Part shown: positions 18,400 through 26,234 of the stretch, piece by piece
Position numbering within the stretch: position 1 is the stretch's first letter
Layout: each line of letters starts with the position of its first letter
The notes under the pieces: model-generated
What the model was told of the DNA's origin: nothing
The model's database searches: none
The model's input: the letters and a program-made list of their open reading frames with translations, nothing else
DNA from: Candidatus Electronema halotolerans
Lineage (GTDB): Bacteria > Desulfobacterota > Desulfobulbia > Desulfobulbales > Desulfobulbaceae
Assembly: GCA_942493095.1 (NCBI GenBank)
Contig: OW818675.1
Coordinates: 3,060,001-3,092,000 of the forward strand
Direction of reading: 5' to 3'
Length of the DNA: 32,000 nt
Program-made: the position numbers and the translations under genes

Positions 18400-18545
18400 T
18401 CAGACCCGAAAGACCTTCATCACCTCATCACCGAGGTGATTGATCACCTTGACCGCAATCCGGCCTGTGGCAGGCTTGGCAAAAGGACGGGAGGTGTCGC
18501 TGCGCAGGCAATGATATTCCGGGCAGGACTGGTGCCCCTGCGCCG
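18400..18545 (-). pseudogene. Possible C-terminal tail remnant of a type III-like DNA methyltransferase/restriction gene
   Basis: Within the 18400..18600 ORF, the tail CLRSDTSRPFAKPATGRIAVKVINHLGDEVMKVFRV* resembles remembered C-termini of such enzymes; no upstream body is present because the frame runs into the PIN gene 3' end. No search was possible. Confidence 0.35.
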
Positions 18546-18547
18546 CA

Positions 18548-18963
18548 TCAGTCAATATCCATGCAGGTTGTGAATCCGGCCTGTTCAAAATGACGGTCAA
18601 GGGTCAACGCTCTCCTTATATTGCGTTCTTGCATGACGACAAAGGACAGGCAATCGGCCAAGCAACGTCCGGCCTTTCACCGTATAGTTGCACCGCTCTG
18701 GCAAGCAGGGCTGAACTCACGGGCACCACTGTAAAGACCGTTTTGCTTTTTTCTATGCCAGTTATCCATCTGTGCGCCGCCTGCCGCCACTTCCGCTTTG
18801 ATAAACCATTACCGATCTCTATCAAAACCGCTTCAGTGGTGACGACCGAGCATTTCCTGCCAACCATTTTCCTGTAACATTCTGCTGCGTTGCCATGATG
18901 CCTGTCGGATGTGTCAATCACCGCCAGCAGAAAAGCGGTGTCCATGAAGACAGTTTCGTTCAT
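18548..18963 (-). pseudogene. Frameshifted PIN-domain toxin gene
   Basis: Frame 1: MNETVFMDTAFLLAVIDTSDRHHGNA...[13 protein letters not shown], then the family-typical C-terminus continues in another frame: [36 protein letters not shown]. The intact ORF instead ends early as [13 protein letters not shown]. Confidence 0.8.
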
Positions 18964-19187
18964 TGTTTCGGCTTTCCATAGAGGTAATGGTCATGCTGCT
19001 CGGCAAAATCTCCTCTGCCGCTGTCGATGGTGCTGTTGAGCAGGTCAAGCAGCCCCTCCTGCTCCGCATCCAAGGCTGATGCCCGTTCTTTTGTTTTCTC
19101 AAAGAACTGTTTAATGTACTCAGCCACCTTGGTGAGCTGGCTTTCAGACAACTGATTGACCATGCTGATCACTTCCTGACGGGACAT
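18960..19187 (-). CDS. Small antitoxin-like protein upstream of the PIN gene
   Basis: 75 aa (MSRQEVISMVNQLSESQLTKVAEYIKQFFEK...); 4-bp overlap with the PIN ORF; SD AGGAG upstream. Confidence 0.65.
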   Translation of the reverse strand: MSRQEVISMVNQLSESQLTKVAEYIKQFFEKTKERASALDAEQEGLLDLLNSTIDSGRGDFAEQHDHYLYGKPKQ

Positions 19188-19202
19188 GTCTGTTCTCCTG
19201 TT

Positions 19203-19568
19203 TCACTTTTCCTGTTCCGCGATTTCCAGCAGCACGTCGTACAAGGTAGGCTCACAACTTTCCCTGACCTCATCCTTATCATGTTTATGATGAGGATGCG
19301 TTGCCACATCAGGATGATGCGGCGCATTGTCGTAGCGAAAGAGGCAGGCATTCCGCTGATCCATATACTGATAGCGATATTTGATCTTTGCCGATCTGTC
19401 GGTATCTTTAAGCTCCATAAATTCAAGACGACAGCCGGTATCAAACTCTACATATCCGCTGATGCAGCCCTGTCTGCTGTTATACTGCTTTTTCCTGAGC
19501 GTTGAACTCTGTATGTTCGGGAACTCCTGAAGCACCTGCTCAACTTCCATGAAGTAATCCGAAATCAT
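19203..19568 (-). CDS. DUF6516-like protein, putative toxin component
   Basis: 121 aa; GYVEFDTGCRLEFMELKDTD..KIKYRYQYMDQRNACLFRYDNAPHHPDVATHPHHKH; paired with an overlapping small upstream ORF. Confidence 0.65.
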   Translation of the reverse strand: MISDYFMEVEQVLQEFPNIQSSTLRKKQYNSRQGCISGYVEFDTGCRLEFMELKDTDRSAKIKYRYQYMDQRNACLFRYDNAPHHPDVATHPHHKHDKDEVRESCEPTLYDVLLEIAEQEK

Positions 19569-19873
19569 GCAAGCTCCAGCAGCCGACGCTCATTGTCCAG
19601 CAGCATTTCATAGAGTCCGGCCCAGAGCATGGTCTCTTCACTGTCATCGGTCAGGCCCTGTTCGTACTGCCGGTAAAACTGCTCCGTTGACTGCCCGTGC
19701 TCGGCCTCGAACTTTCTCAGTTCAAGCCGGATACTGAGCAGGCTTTTCCGTATTTCGCTGATTTGGTAGGCAATGATATTCCGGGCAAAAGTCTCTTCAT
19801 CTTCAGTATGCGCCAGAATCGTTTTCAGGCGTTGCTCCGTCTTCGGGTCAACATGCAGTTGCAGTTGAAACAT
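19565..19873 (-). CDS. Small hypothetical partner of the DUF6516-like protein (putative antitoxin)
   Basis: 102 aa; 4-bp overlap with 19203..19568; AGGAG upstream of the start. Confidence 0.6.
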   Translation of the reverse strand: MFQLQLHVDPKTEQRLKTILAHTEDEETFARNIIAYQISEIRKSLLSIRLELRKFEAEHGQSTEQFYRQYEQGLTDDSEETMLWAGLYEMLLDNERRLLELA

Positions 19874-19961
19874 ACGTCTGTTCTCCTATTTTTTTTTCAG
19901 TATTCTCGCACACCCCTGTCTTGCATGGCCCGGATGACGGCGGCCCCACGCTGTTGCAGGG

Positions 19962-20099
19962 CATGGAGGCATGGTGAAAAGCGGTATGCCTCGATACCGT
20001 ATCGGCCTATGCAGGCATGGCGTATTCCTCTATGCCAGCATACCGTACTGCCCTATGCCTGCATACCGTATTGCGCCATGCCTGCATAGGCAAAAACGC
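19962..20099. repeat. Degenerate 23-bp tandem array (about six units, consensus TATGCCTGCATACCGTATTGCSC)
   Basis: Units start at 19962, 19985, 20008, 20031, 20054 and 20077. The 18-bp arms 20005-20022 (GCCTATGCAGGCATGGCG) and 20074-20091 (CGCCATGCCTGCATAGGC) are perfect reverse complements. Confidence 0.85.
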
Positions 20100-20126
20100 T
20101 ACGCCTCCATGCCGCTGAACCCGCAC

Positions 20127-23100
20127 CTACGCCTGCCCGGCAATGTCCTCCAGAATGGCCCGGATGATGGCAGCATCCTTATAATCCAACGGCTCACAGA
20201 GGGCGGCTTCATCGCGTCCGCCGCTGAAGATGTGCCGGATGGCGGTGGCAAGGTTAGCGTCCCTTTTAACTACTTTGTCCCAAAACGGCTCCAGCTTCTT
20301 TTGCAAGAATGGGTCTGCGCTTGCCTGCACTACTCCTGCAATCACGTTCTCATTGTCCCAAAGTTGCTGCCGCCAGCCGGGAAAAGCGAAATAAGCCTGC
20401 CTGCTCTTGGCTCTGTACACAGCAGCTTGGTTACCTTTTCCCTGTCGTGCAACAATTTGTGCCAGCAGCTCGTAGCACTTCCATATCTCCGCTGCTGCTG
20501 GGTCCAAAGTTTCAGAAATGACCAATGCTTCCTCAGCAAAGCGGTAGGCTTCGTCCAAACGAGCTGAGTCTTGAGTCAACAGTATGGCAATGTTACAAAG
20601 AACTAAAGCGGCATGGGGCCGATCTGCCGCACCTTGGAACGAATTTAATGCCTTGCGATACCACTGCTCGGCCTCTGAAAGACGACCTGAATCATCACAG
20701 ATCCTGCCGAGCTGATTCCAAGTTGATCCCGCCTTAATTTTCCCATCATCTCCGCCCCATTTCTCGAATAGTTTAGCTGATTGTCGATAAGCCCGCTCTG
20801 CCGCTTCCAATTGTTGCCCTTTATGATAGAGTATGCCAAGCTGATTCCAAACTGCAGCCTCGGATATAGGTTCGTTTATACTTTGCCAAAGCGGCAAGGC
20901 ATCCTGCAACTGTTCAACCGCCTCAGCCAATTTACCTTGCCGTAAGAAAAATGTTCCTATCTGCATTTTGCTTACAGCCATACCCCGTGTATTGCCCTGC
21001 TCTTCAGCCATCCTTAATCCCTCTTGATAGACTCCCTTAGATTCCTCGTAGCGGCCTTGGCGACCTATCACATCGGCCAAATCAGTCAAACAAAAGCCGA
21101 TTTGTTCCTGTACCTCTCCGCTTTGTTCTAACTGAGCCAGCTCAATCAGTCCTTGCCGGTATTGTTGTTCAGCTACAGCAAACTGCTCCTGTGCATGATA
21201 GCAGCGACCTATCCTATGCAAAGTCATGCAGCGATTATAACTGGGAGACTCCCCTAAGCCGACTAAGATATTTTGAAAGATAATTTCCGCTTTTGCGGGA
21301 TGGCCTCCATAGAAAAGCTTATCACCGAAATTACTGCGGGTGACAAACCATGCCTGCGAGCCAACATCTCCGCCAGTTTTACCGACTGTTTCAGCTAAAG
21401 CCTGCTGCTCCCGTTGCATCCCGAAGGCTTGAAGAAAGTAGTTGACCTTGTCAGCAAAGTACGCACCCTCTTCAATCTTATCTTCATGCAAAACGGCATG
21501 GACAGTCCAGAGTAGGTTGGGCAGCTCGTATTGAACTACAGCACGAGCAGCCTGAGGCATCGTCTTGTCTAACTCATACATTGCACTGGAAATTTCGTGA
21601 TATATTTGCCAACAACGTTCCCGCAATCCTGCCAGCTCCTTTGCACTCAACTTTTCCCACAGGGCTGGAGTCAAGGTTGGGTGGAAACACAGCCAGATAT
21701 TCGTCACGCCCGGTATATGCTCTGCCCGTATCAACCCGGAGAGTATCAGGTGATGTCGTAGAATAGACCACTCTGAGGGATAGTCCTTCATTCCTGCCAC
21801 ATTCATCACTATTTCTTCCAACCCTCCCCCCTGAAACACCCCCAACCTCGGCAGCCATTTCCTGCACCGCTCCGGCAGTCGTTCCAAAGACAGCTCCAGC
21901 GAAGCCAGCAGAGAACGATCTTCCCGGTCAGCGGGCTGCGCCTCCAGCAGGGCTTCCAGCCGCTCCCCCAACTCCGCCGGGCGGCGTTCCTTGAGCTGCT
22001 GCGCCAGCAGACCGATGGAGAGCGGATGAAAATCCACCTGCTGAAACAGATTGACCAGGGCACTGCGCTGCGGCATCCCGAATTTCGGTTCCGGCGGCAG
22101 GCGTATCAGCTCGCCGAACCAGTCCAAGGCATCCTGTTCCCCTAAACCCTTGAGGGGCAGGCATTGATGGCGGAAGCTGCCTGCGGCAGGATAGTCGGGA
22201 TGATTGAAATCCGGCTGGCGGGAGGTGAGCAGGACACGGCTCTCCCCGGCCTCTGACCAACGGGTCACCGCGCTCAGTAACTCAGGCAGACCATCCCCGT
22301 CGGCCAAGCTCTCCAGGTTGTCGAGAATCAGCAAGGTCGGAATACGCTTCAAGGCCGCCTCAGCAGCCTCCGCATCCGGCAGGCTCTGATCCAGCACAGT
22401 TGCCAAGGTGCTGATTGTCACACCCACAGGATCAACGCCTTGAAAACCGGCAAAACTGACAAAGCAGACCCGCTTAAACAGCCCGGTGCGCAGCAGCCAG
22501 TACCCCGCCTCCAAGGCAAGATAGGTCTTGCCCTGTCCGCCGAAGCCGGTGACGGAAAAGCGGCGGGTTCCCTGCACAGTCAGGGCACGCTCAATTTGCC
22601 AGAGTTCGCGGGTTCTGCCGAAGAAACCCGACTCCTGCATCTTGGGCAGGTTATGCTTTTTGTCCGGTGCCGGGACTTCGCTCCCCTCCTCCCGGCTCAA
22701 CAACGGACGATTCGGCCCGGTCTGATACAGGGCGGGCAGGAACCAGTCGTGCAGCTCCAGGGTCACGCTCTGATTGCCGCCTGCACCGCGCCGCCGTTCA
22801 CCCCGCTTGGGATCAAAGTACAAGGCGGCACGGGCATCATCCAGAGCCTTGCCCACCGGCTCGCCTCGGAACAGGCTGCTGTAGAAGCGGGCAAAGAGCA
22901 GCCCGGCAGTGGCGACCAAGACCTTGTGCGTCATAGCCAGCACACCGGGAATACCGGCATGGGTGAGCCAGGCCGCCACACTGCTCATGGCATCCTCGGC
23001 ATCCATTGCCGCTGACTGACAGGCGGACAGGACGACTAAGCCGACACGCTGGCGGTGGAACAGCTCGCCCAGCAGGCGGGCTTCCACCAAAGCTTTTTTG

Positions 23101-23957
23101 CCCTGCTCATCCTCAAAGAGCAGATAGCCGGTGTGCTTGGGAGCCGCCGCTGTCTCTCCTTTGCTTTCCGCCTCAAGGAGCAGTTCCTTCATGTACTCCG
23201 GGACATGCGTCTTTGCCGCCTCCCTGCCCAGCTTGCCGCTGCGATCAAAGACCCCGTGCCCGTCAAAATGGATGATATCGACTGCAGGCAGATCCTCATC
23301 GCGCAGTCGCTCTTCGAGTGCCGAGAGTGTGGCCGGGTGGAGGAATTCCACCTCCACCCGCTGCTGTTTCTGTTGCTCCAGCGCATCCAGCACGGCCTGC
23401 GGATCAGTGCGGGGATTGATGAATCCGGCATCTTCCGGGCGGCTGACAATGAAGAGCAGACGCAGCACCGGCTTGGGATTGCGCTTATGGGGCCTGCGTC
23501 CCTCTCCAGCCATAGGCAGACGGCGGCGGATGGAAATGCGCGGGGTCTCGCCGAAGAGAAAAACACCAGTAGATGGACGAATCAGCTCCCAAGGCAGGGA
23601 AAGCACCGCCGGATGATCGGCGGCAATGGTCAGCAGACGGCCTTTTTCCTCCTCGTCCCGGAAATTGCGGTACAGTTCGTAGGCCTTGTCATCCGCCTTG
23701 AACACCGCCTCGAACAGAGCGGTTCCCCAGCGGCGCAGTTGCTCCTTCGCCCTGTCGGCCCGCTCATCATCCGGCTCGGCCCGGTAGCCGGTGCCGTAGT
23801 CCTCCAGATACCAGCGGATTTCCTCCATGTCTTTGTCAGCGAGCGGATTGACAAAGGCAAAGGCCGAGGTCATGTCCGCATATTCATCCTCCGGGATGTG
23901 GAGATGAACAGAGACCTGCGTCGAATCAGGGAAATTGAGCATCAGTTCGGCGGGCAT
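20127..23957 (-). CDS. CHAT-domain protease / STAND (NB-ARC-like) NTPase / TPR fusion protein
   Basis: CHAT His in IIHFDGHG and Cys in VVLSACQSA; P-loop VTGFGGQGKTYLALEAG and Walker-B-like TLLILDNLESL; C-terminal TPRs (AAERAYRQSAKLFEKWG, EAEQWYRKALNSF). Start assigned to the ATG at 23957 with AAGGAGG 7 nt upstream rather than the track's TTG at 23963. Confidence 0.92.
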   Translation of the reverse strand: MPAELMLNFPDSTQVSVHLHIPEDEYADMTSAFAFVNPLADKDMEEIRWYLEDYGTGYRAEPDDERADRAKEQLRRWGTALFEAVFKADDKAYELYRNFRDEEEKGRLLTIAADHPAVLSLPWELIRPSTGVFLFGETPRISIRRRLPMAGEGRRPHKRNPKPVLRLLFIVSRPEDAGFINPRTDPQAVLDALEQQKQQRVEVEFLHPATLSALEERLRDEDLPAVDIIHFDGHGVFDRSGKLGREAAKTHVPEYMKELLLEAESKGETAAAPKHTGYLLFEDEQGKKALVEARLLGELFHRQRVGLVVLSACQSAAMDAEDAMSSVAAWLTHAGIPGVLAMTHKVLVATAGLLFARFYSSLFRGEPVGKALDDARAALYFDPKRGERRRGAGGNQSVTLELHDWFLPALYQTGPNRPLLSREEGSEVPAPDKKHNLPKMQESGFFGRTRELWQIERALTVQGTRRFSVTGFGGQGKTYLALEAGYWLLRTGLFKRVCFVSFAGFQGVDPVGVTISTLATVLDQSLPDAEAAEAALKRIPTLLILDNLESLADGDGLPELLSAVTRWSEAGESRVLLTSRQPDFNHPDYPAAGSFRHQCLPLKGLGEQDALDWFGELIRLPPEPKFGMPQRSALVNLFQQVDFHPLSIGLLAQQLKERRPAELGERLEALLEAQPADREDRSLLASLELSLERLPERCRKWLPRLGVFQGGGLEEIVMNVAGMKDYPSEWSILRHHLILSGLIRAEHIPGVTNIWLCFHPTLTPALWEKLSAKELAGLRERCWQIYHEISSAMYELDKTMPQAARAVVQYELPNLLWTVHAVLHEDKIEEGAYFADKVNYFLQAFGMQREQQALAETVGKTGGDVGSQAWFVTRSNFGDKLFYGGHPAKAEIIFQNILVGLGESPSYNRCMTLHRIGRCYHAQEQFAVAEQQYRQGLIELAQLEQSGEVQEQIGFCLTDLADVIGRQGRYEESKGVYQEGLRMAEEQGNTRGMAVSKMQIGTFFLRQGKLAEAVEQLQDALPLWQSINEPISEAAVWNQLGILYHKGQQLEAAERAYRQSAKLFEKWGGDDGKIKAGSTWNQLGRICDDSGRLSEAEQWYRKALNSFQGAADRPHAALVLCNIAILLTQDSARLDEAYRFAEEALVISETLDPAAAEIWKCYELLAQIVARQGKGNQAAVYRAKSRQAYFAFPGWRQQLWDNENVIAGVVQASADPFLQKKLEPFWDKVVKRDANLATAIRHIFSGGRDEAALCEPLDYKDAAIIRAILEDIAGQA

Positions 23958-23959
23958 GA

Positions 23960-24382
23960 TCAAGCCTCCTTGCAGATGGCCGTGCAGCCAAGATGGATGA
24001 CAATTACAGCCAAGGCCACGGCCAGCACCTGCAAGGCATTGCCGGAAAAGCCCATTCCCACGAGGAGCGCACCGAATGACTTCAGCACGGCCTCATTGCT
24101 CAGGTCGCCCCACTTCCGCCACTGCGTATTCAGCACCCCATCTTCTTTGCAGAGATCATTATGGGCTGCTTTCTTAAACCGCTGCCAGAAGCTGCGCGGC
24201 TCCTCCTTGGTGATCTTCTCAATGACCCGCCACTGCACAGGCAGGAGTTCGGGATTCTCCTGCTTATCTTGCCTGCCGCCTTTATGGACAGCGGTTGACG
24301 GATCGGCTTGCAGCTCGGCAAGTTGCCGGTCAATCTGGGCGGACAAGCTGGCAAGCTGATCAGAGGTGAACGGGATGGACAT
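23960..24382 (-). CDS. Small hypothetical protein with hydrophobic C-terminus, translationally coupled to the CHAT-STAND gene
   Basis: About 140 aa from MSIPFTSDQLASLSAQIDRQL...; C-terminal hydrophobic stretch GNALQVLAVALAVIVIHLGCTAIC; its last codons carry the SD of the CHAT gene and its TGA (23960-23962) is 2 nt before the ATG. Confidence 0.82.
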   Translation of the reverse strand: MSIPFTSDQLASLSAQIDRQLAELQADPSTAVHKGGRQDKQENPELLPVQWRVIEKITKEEPRSFWQRFKKAAHNDLCKEDGVLNTQWRKWGDLSNEAVLKSFGALLVGMGFSGNALQVLAVALAVIVIHLGCTAICKEA

Positions 24383-24444
24383 GGACAGGCTCCTTATCAA
24401 AAACTGGTGGATGGATCAGTGATTGAGCAAGCGCAGAACCGTGC

Positions 24445-26037
24445 TCAGGAGAACTGCATCAAGACAAGGTTGAGCAGGCCGATCAGGAAGCCGAGGAGCG
24501 CGCCGAAGAGGTTGATGTACTTGAACTGCTCCTCCATGATCGAGAGCAGCAGGCGTTCCAAGCGCAGCAGGTCGAGCGAATCAACCTTGTTCCTGACTAA
24601 TTCCTGAATGCGGAGCGATTCGGTCAGGCCCGGCACTTCGCGGACCAGCAGGCGGTTGGCGGTCAGGACTAGATAGTCAGTGATGCCGCCGCGCACGTCC
24701 GCTGGCAGCAGGTCATGCAGCATTCCGGCAGGCCGGGTGGCGAGCTGATCAAGCAGGGTGTTGATCAGTTTGCCGATGAGCTGGTGCAGCGGCGCAGAGC
24801 CGGTCAGGGCCAGCAGCTCATTCGTCAGCACCTGCTCCAGCTTCTGTCGGCCCTCTGGCAGCACTTTGTCGGCCAAGGCGGCGAGCGAGACCTGCCCATG
24901 CTCCAGCAGCTCCTCAATCTGCTCCCGCAGGGCGGCGGTGAGGGACTGCCGCATCTCCTGGTCAGCCAGAAAGGCCAGCAGGCGGGCGGCGGCCTGCTGA
25001 CAAAGCTGCTGCTGCTGTTCCGGCCCGATCTTGCCCAGCAGATCAGCCAGCCGGGTGGTGAAAAAGGCTTGCGCCTGCTGGCTCAGGGCTTGGGCAGTCC
25101 GCTCCTGAATCTCCGGCTGCCGCAGCCAGTCCTCCAGATCACCTTCCCGCTCGGCCAGCCACTTGTGGATGACCTCATCCAACGTCTCCATGTTGATGAA
25201 GCCTTTGGCCATAGCCGCCATTGGGCCGAGGCTGTCAATAAAATGATCAACCCCGTTCTTGATCGCTTGGGCAACTCGCTTCCGCACCGGTGCTTCGGCC
25301 AAAATGAGGGCGGCATGAGCGAGCATCTGCGGTGTCTGCTCGGCCACAACAGCGGAGAGCTGCTGCCGCAGTTCGGCAGGCAGGAAGTCGGCCAAGGTCT
25401 TGCCGGACACTGCCGCCTCTGTCAGGGACTGATCCAGCCAGCCGCCGAGCCGCTTTGCCGTGCTTGGCTCGTGCAGCAGCCCTTCAATCAGCTTGTCTAA
25501 CAGGACATACAGGCCCTGCCGGTCTTCAGCCCGGAGCAGCTCGTTGAGCGAACGGCTGGCAAGCTGCTCGTGCAGCAGGCTGCTGGCTGCTCCGGCAAAG
25601 GTGGGCGAGCCAAGATAGGCCACGACATCGTGGCGCAGCCGGTGCTTGAGGGCACGCAGGCCGATTCTGGCATGGACCCGGAAACGCTGCGGCACCAGAT
25701 TGAGCAGCGGGCCAAGGTCGCGGCTGAGAAGGTCCTGCACCCGGTTGCTGATGATCCGGCGCAGGTGCTCCTGAAAGCGTTCCGCAGACAGGGCCTCGCC
25801 AATATCCTGCGGCGTGAGGAGCTGGCCGCCGACCATAGCTCCGATGTTTTCAGCCAGCTCATGACGTTTTGCAGGGATGATGCCTGGGGTGAGCGGCACT
25901 CGCAGGCCAAAGACATGCCACGGCTTCAGGGGTCGGAAGAGCATTTTGATGGCCACCTTGTTGGTCAGGTAGCCGATGAAGGCACCGATCAGGGGCGGGC
26001 CGCTATAGGTGAGCAGTTCGGCTGGGGAAAACAACAT
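24445..26037 (-). CDS. DUF445 family membrane protein
   Basis: 530 aa; PPLIGAFIGYLTNKVAIKMLFRPLKPWHVFGLRVPLTPGIIPAKRHELAENIG and C-terminal YINLFGALLGFLIGLLNLVLM. Confidence 0.92.
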   Translation of the reverse strand: MLFSPAELLTYSGPPLIGAFIGYLTNKVAIKMLFRPLKPWHVFGLRVPLTPGIIPAKRHELAENIGAMVGGQLLTPQDIGEALSAERFQEHLRRIISNRVQDLLSRDLGPLLNLVPQRFRVHARIGLRALKHRLRHDVVAYLGSPTFAGAASSLLHEQLASRSLNELLRAEDRQGLYVLLDKLIEGLLHEPSTAKRLGGWLDQSLTEAAVSGKTLADFLPAELRQQLSAVVAEQTPQMLAHAALILAEAPVRKRVAQAIKNGVDHFIDSLGPMAAMAKGFINMETLDEVIHKWLAEREGDLEDWLRQPEIQERTAQALSQQAQAFFTTRLADLLGKIGPEQQQQLCQQAAARLLAFLADQEMRQSLTAALREQIEELLEHGQVSLAALADKVLPEGRQKLEQVLTNELLALTGSAPLHQLIGKLINTLLDQLATRPAGMLHDLLPADVRGGITDYLVLTANRLLVREVPGLTESLRIQELVRNKVDSLDLLRLERLLLSIMEEQFKYINLFGALLGFLIGLLNLVLMQFS

Positions 26038-26234
26038 GATGCTCCTGCTGAAGTGTGAATGTTCCGGCAGAGGACAGATTGCAAATCAGCCCCGCCGCCA
26101 TCGCCTTGGCCTCTTCCTGAATCTGCATGAGCGACATACGGTGATCGCTTACCAAAGGGCCAAGCTGCTCAGGCGGGGCTGCGGCAAGCTTTGACGCAGC
26201 CCTGCGCTTGGGAGACAGGGCCGCGTCCTTTGGC

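Noticed and set aside
19962-20099. CRISPR array
   Set aside because: Units are only 23 bp, directly abutting with no spacers, and degenerate; no cas genes in the window.
23055-25500. Plus-strand ORFs 23055..24359 and 24715..25500
   Set aside because: Antisense to the CHAT-STAND and DUF445 genes; judged shadow ORFs.
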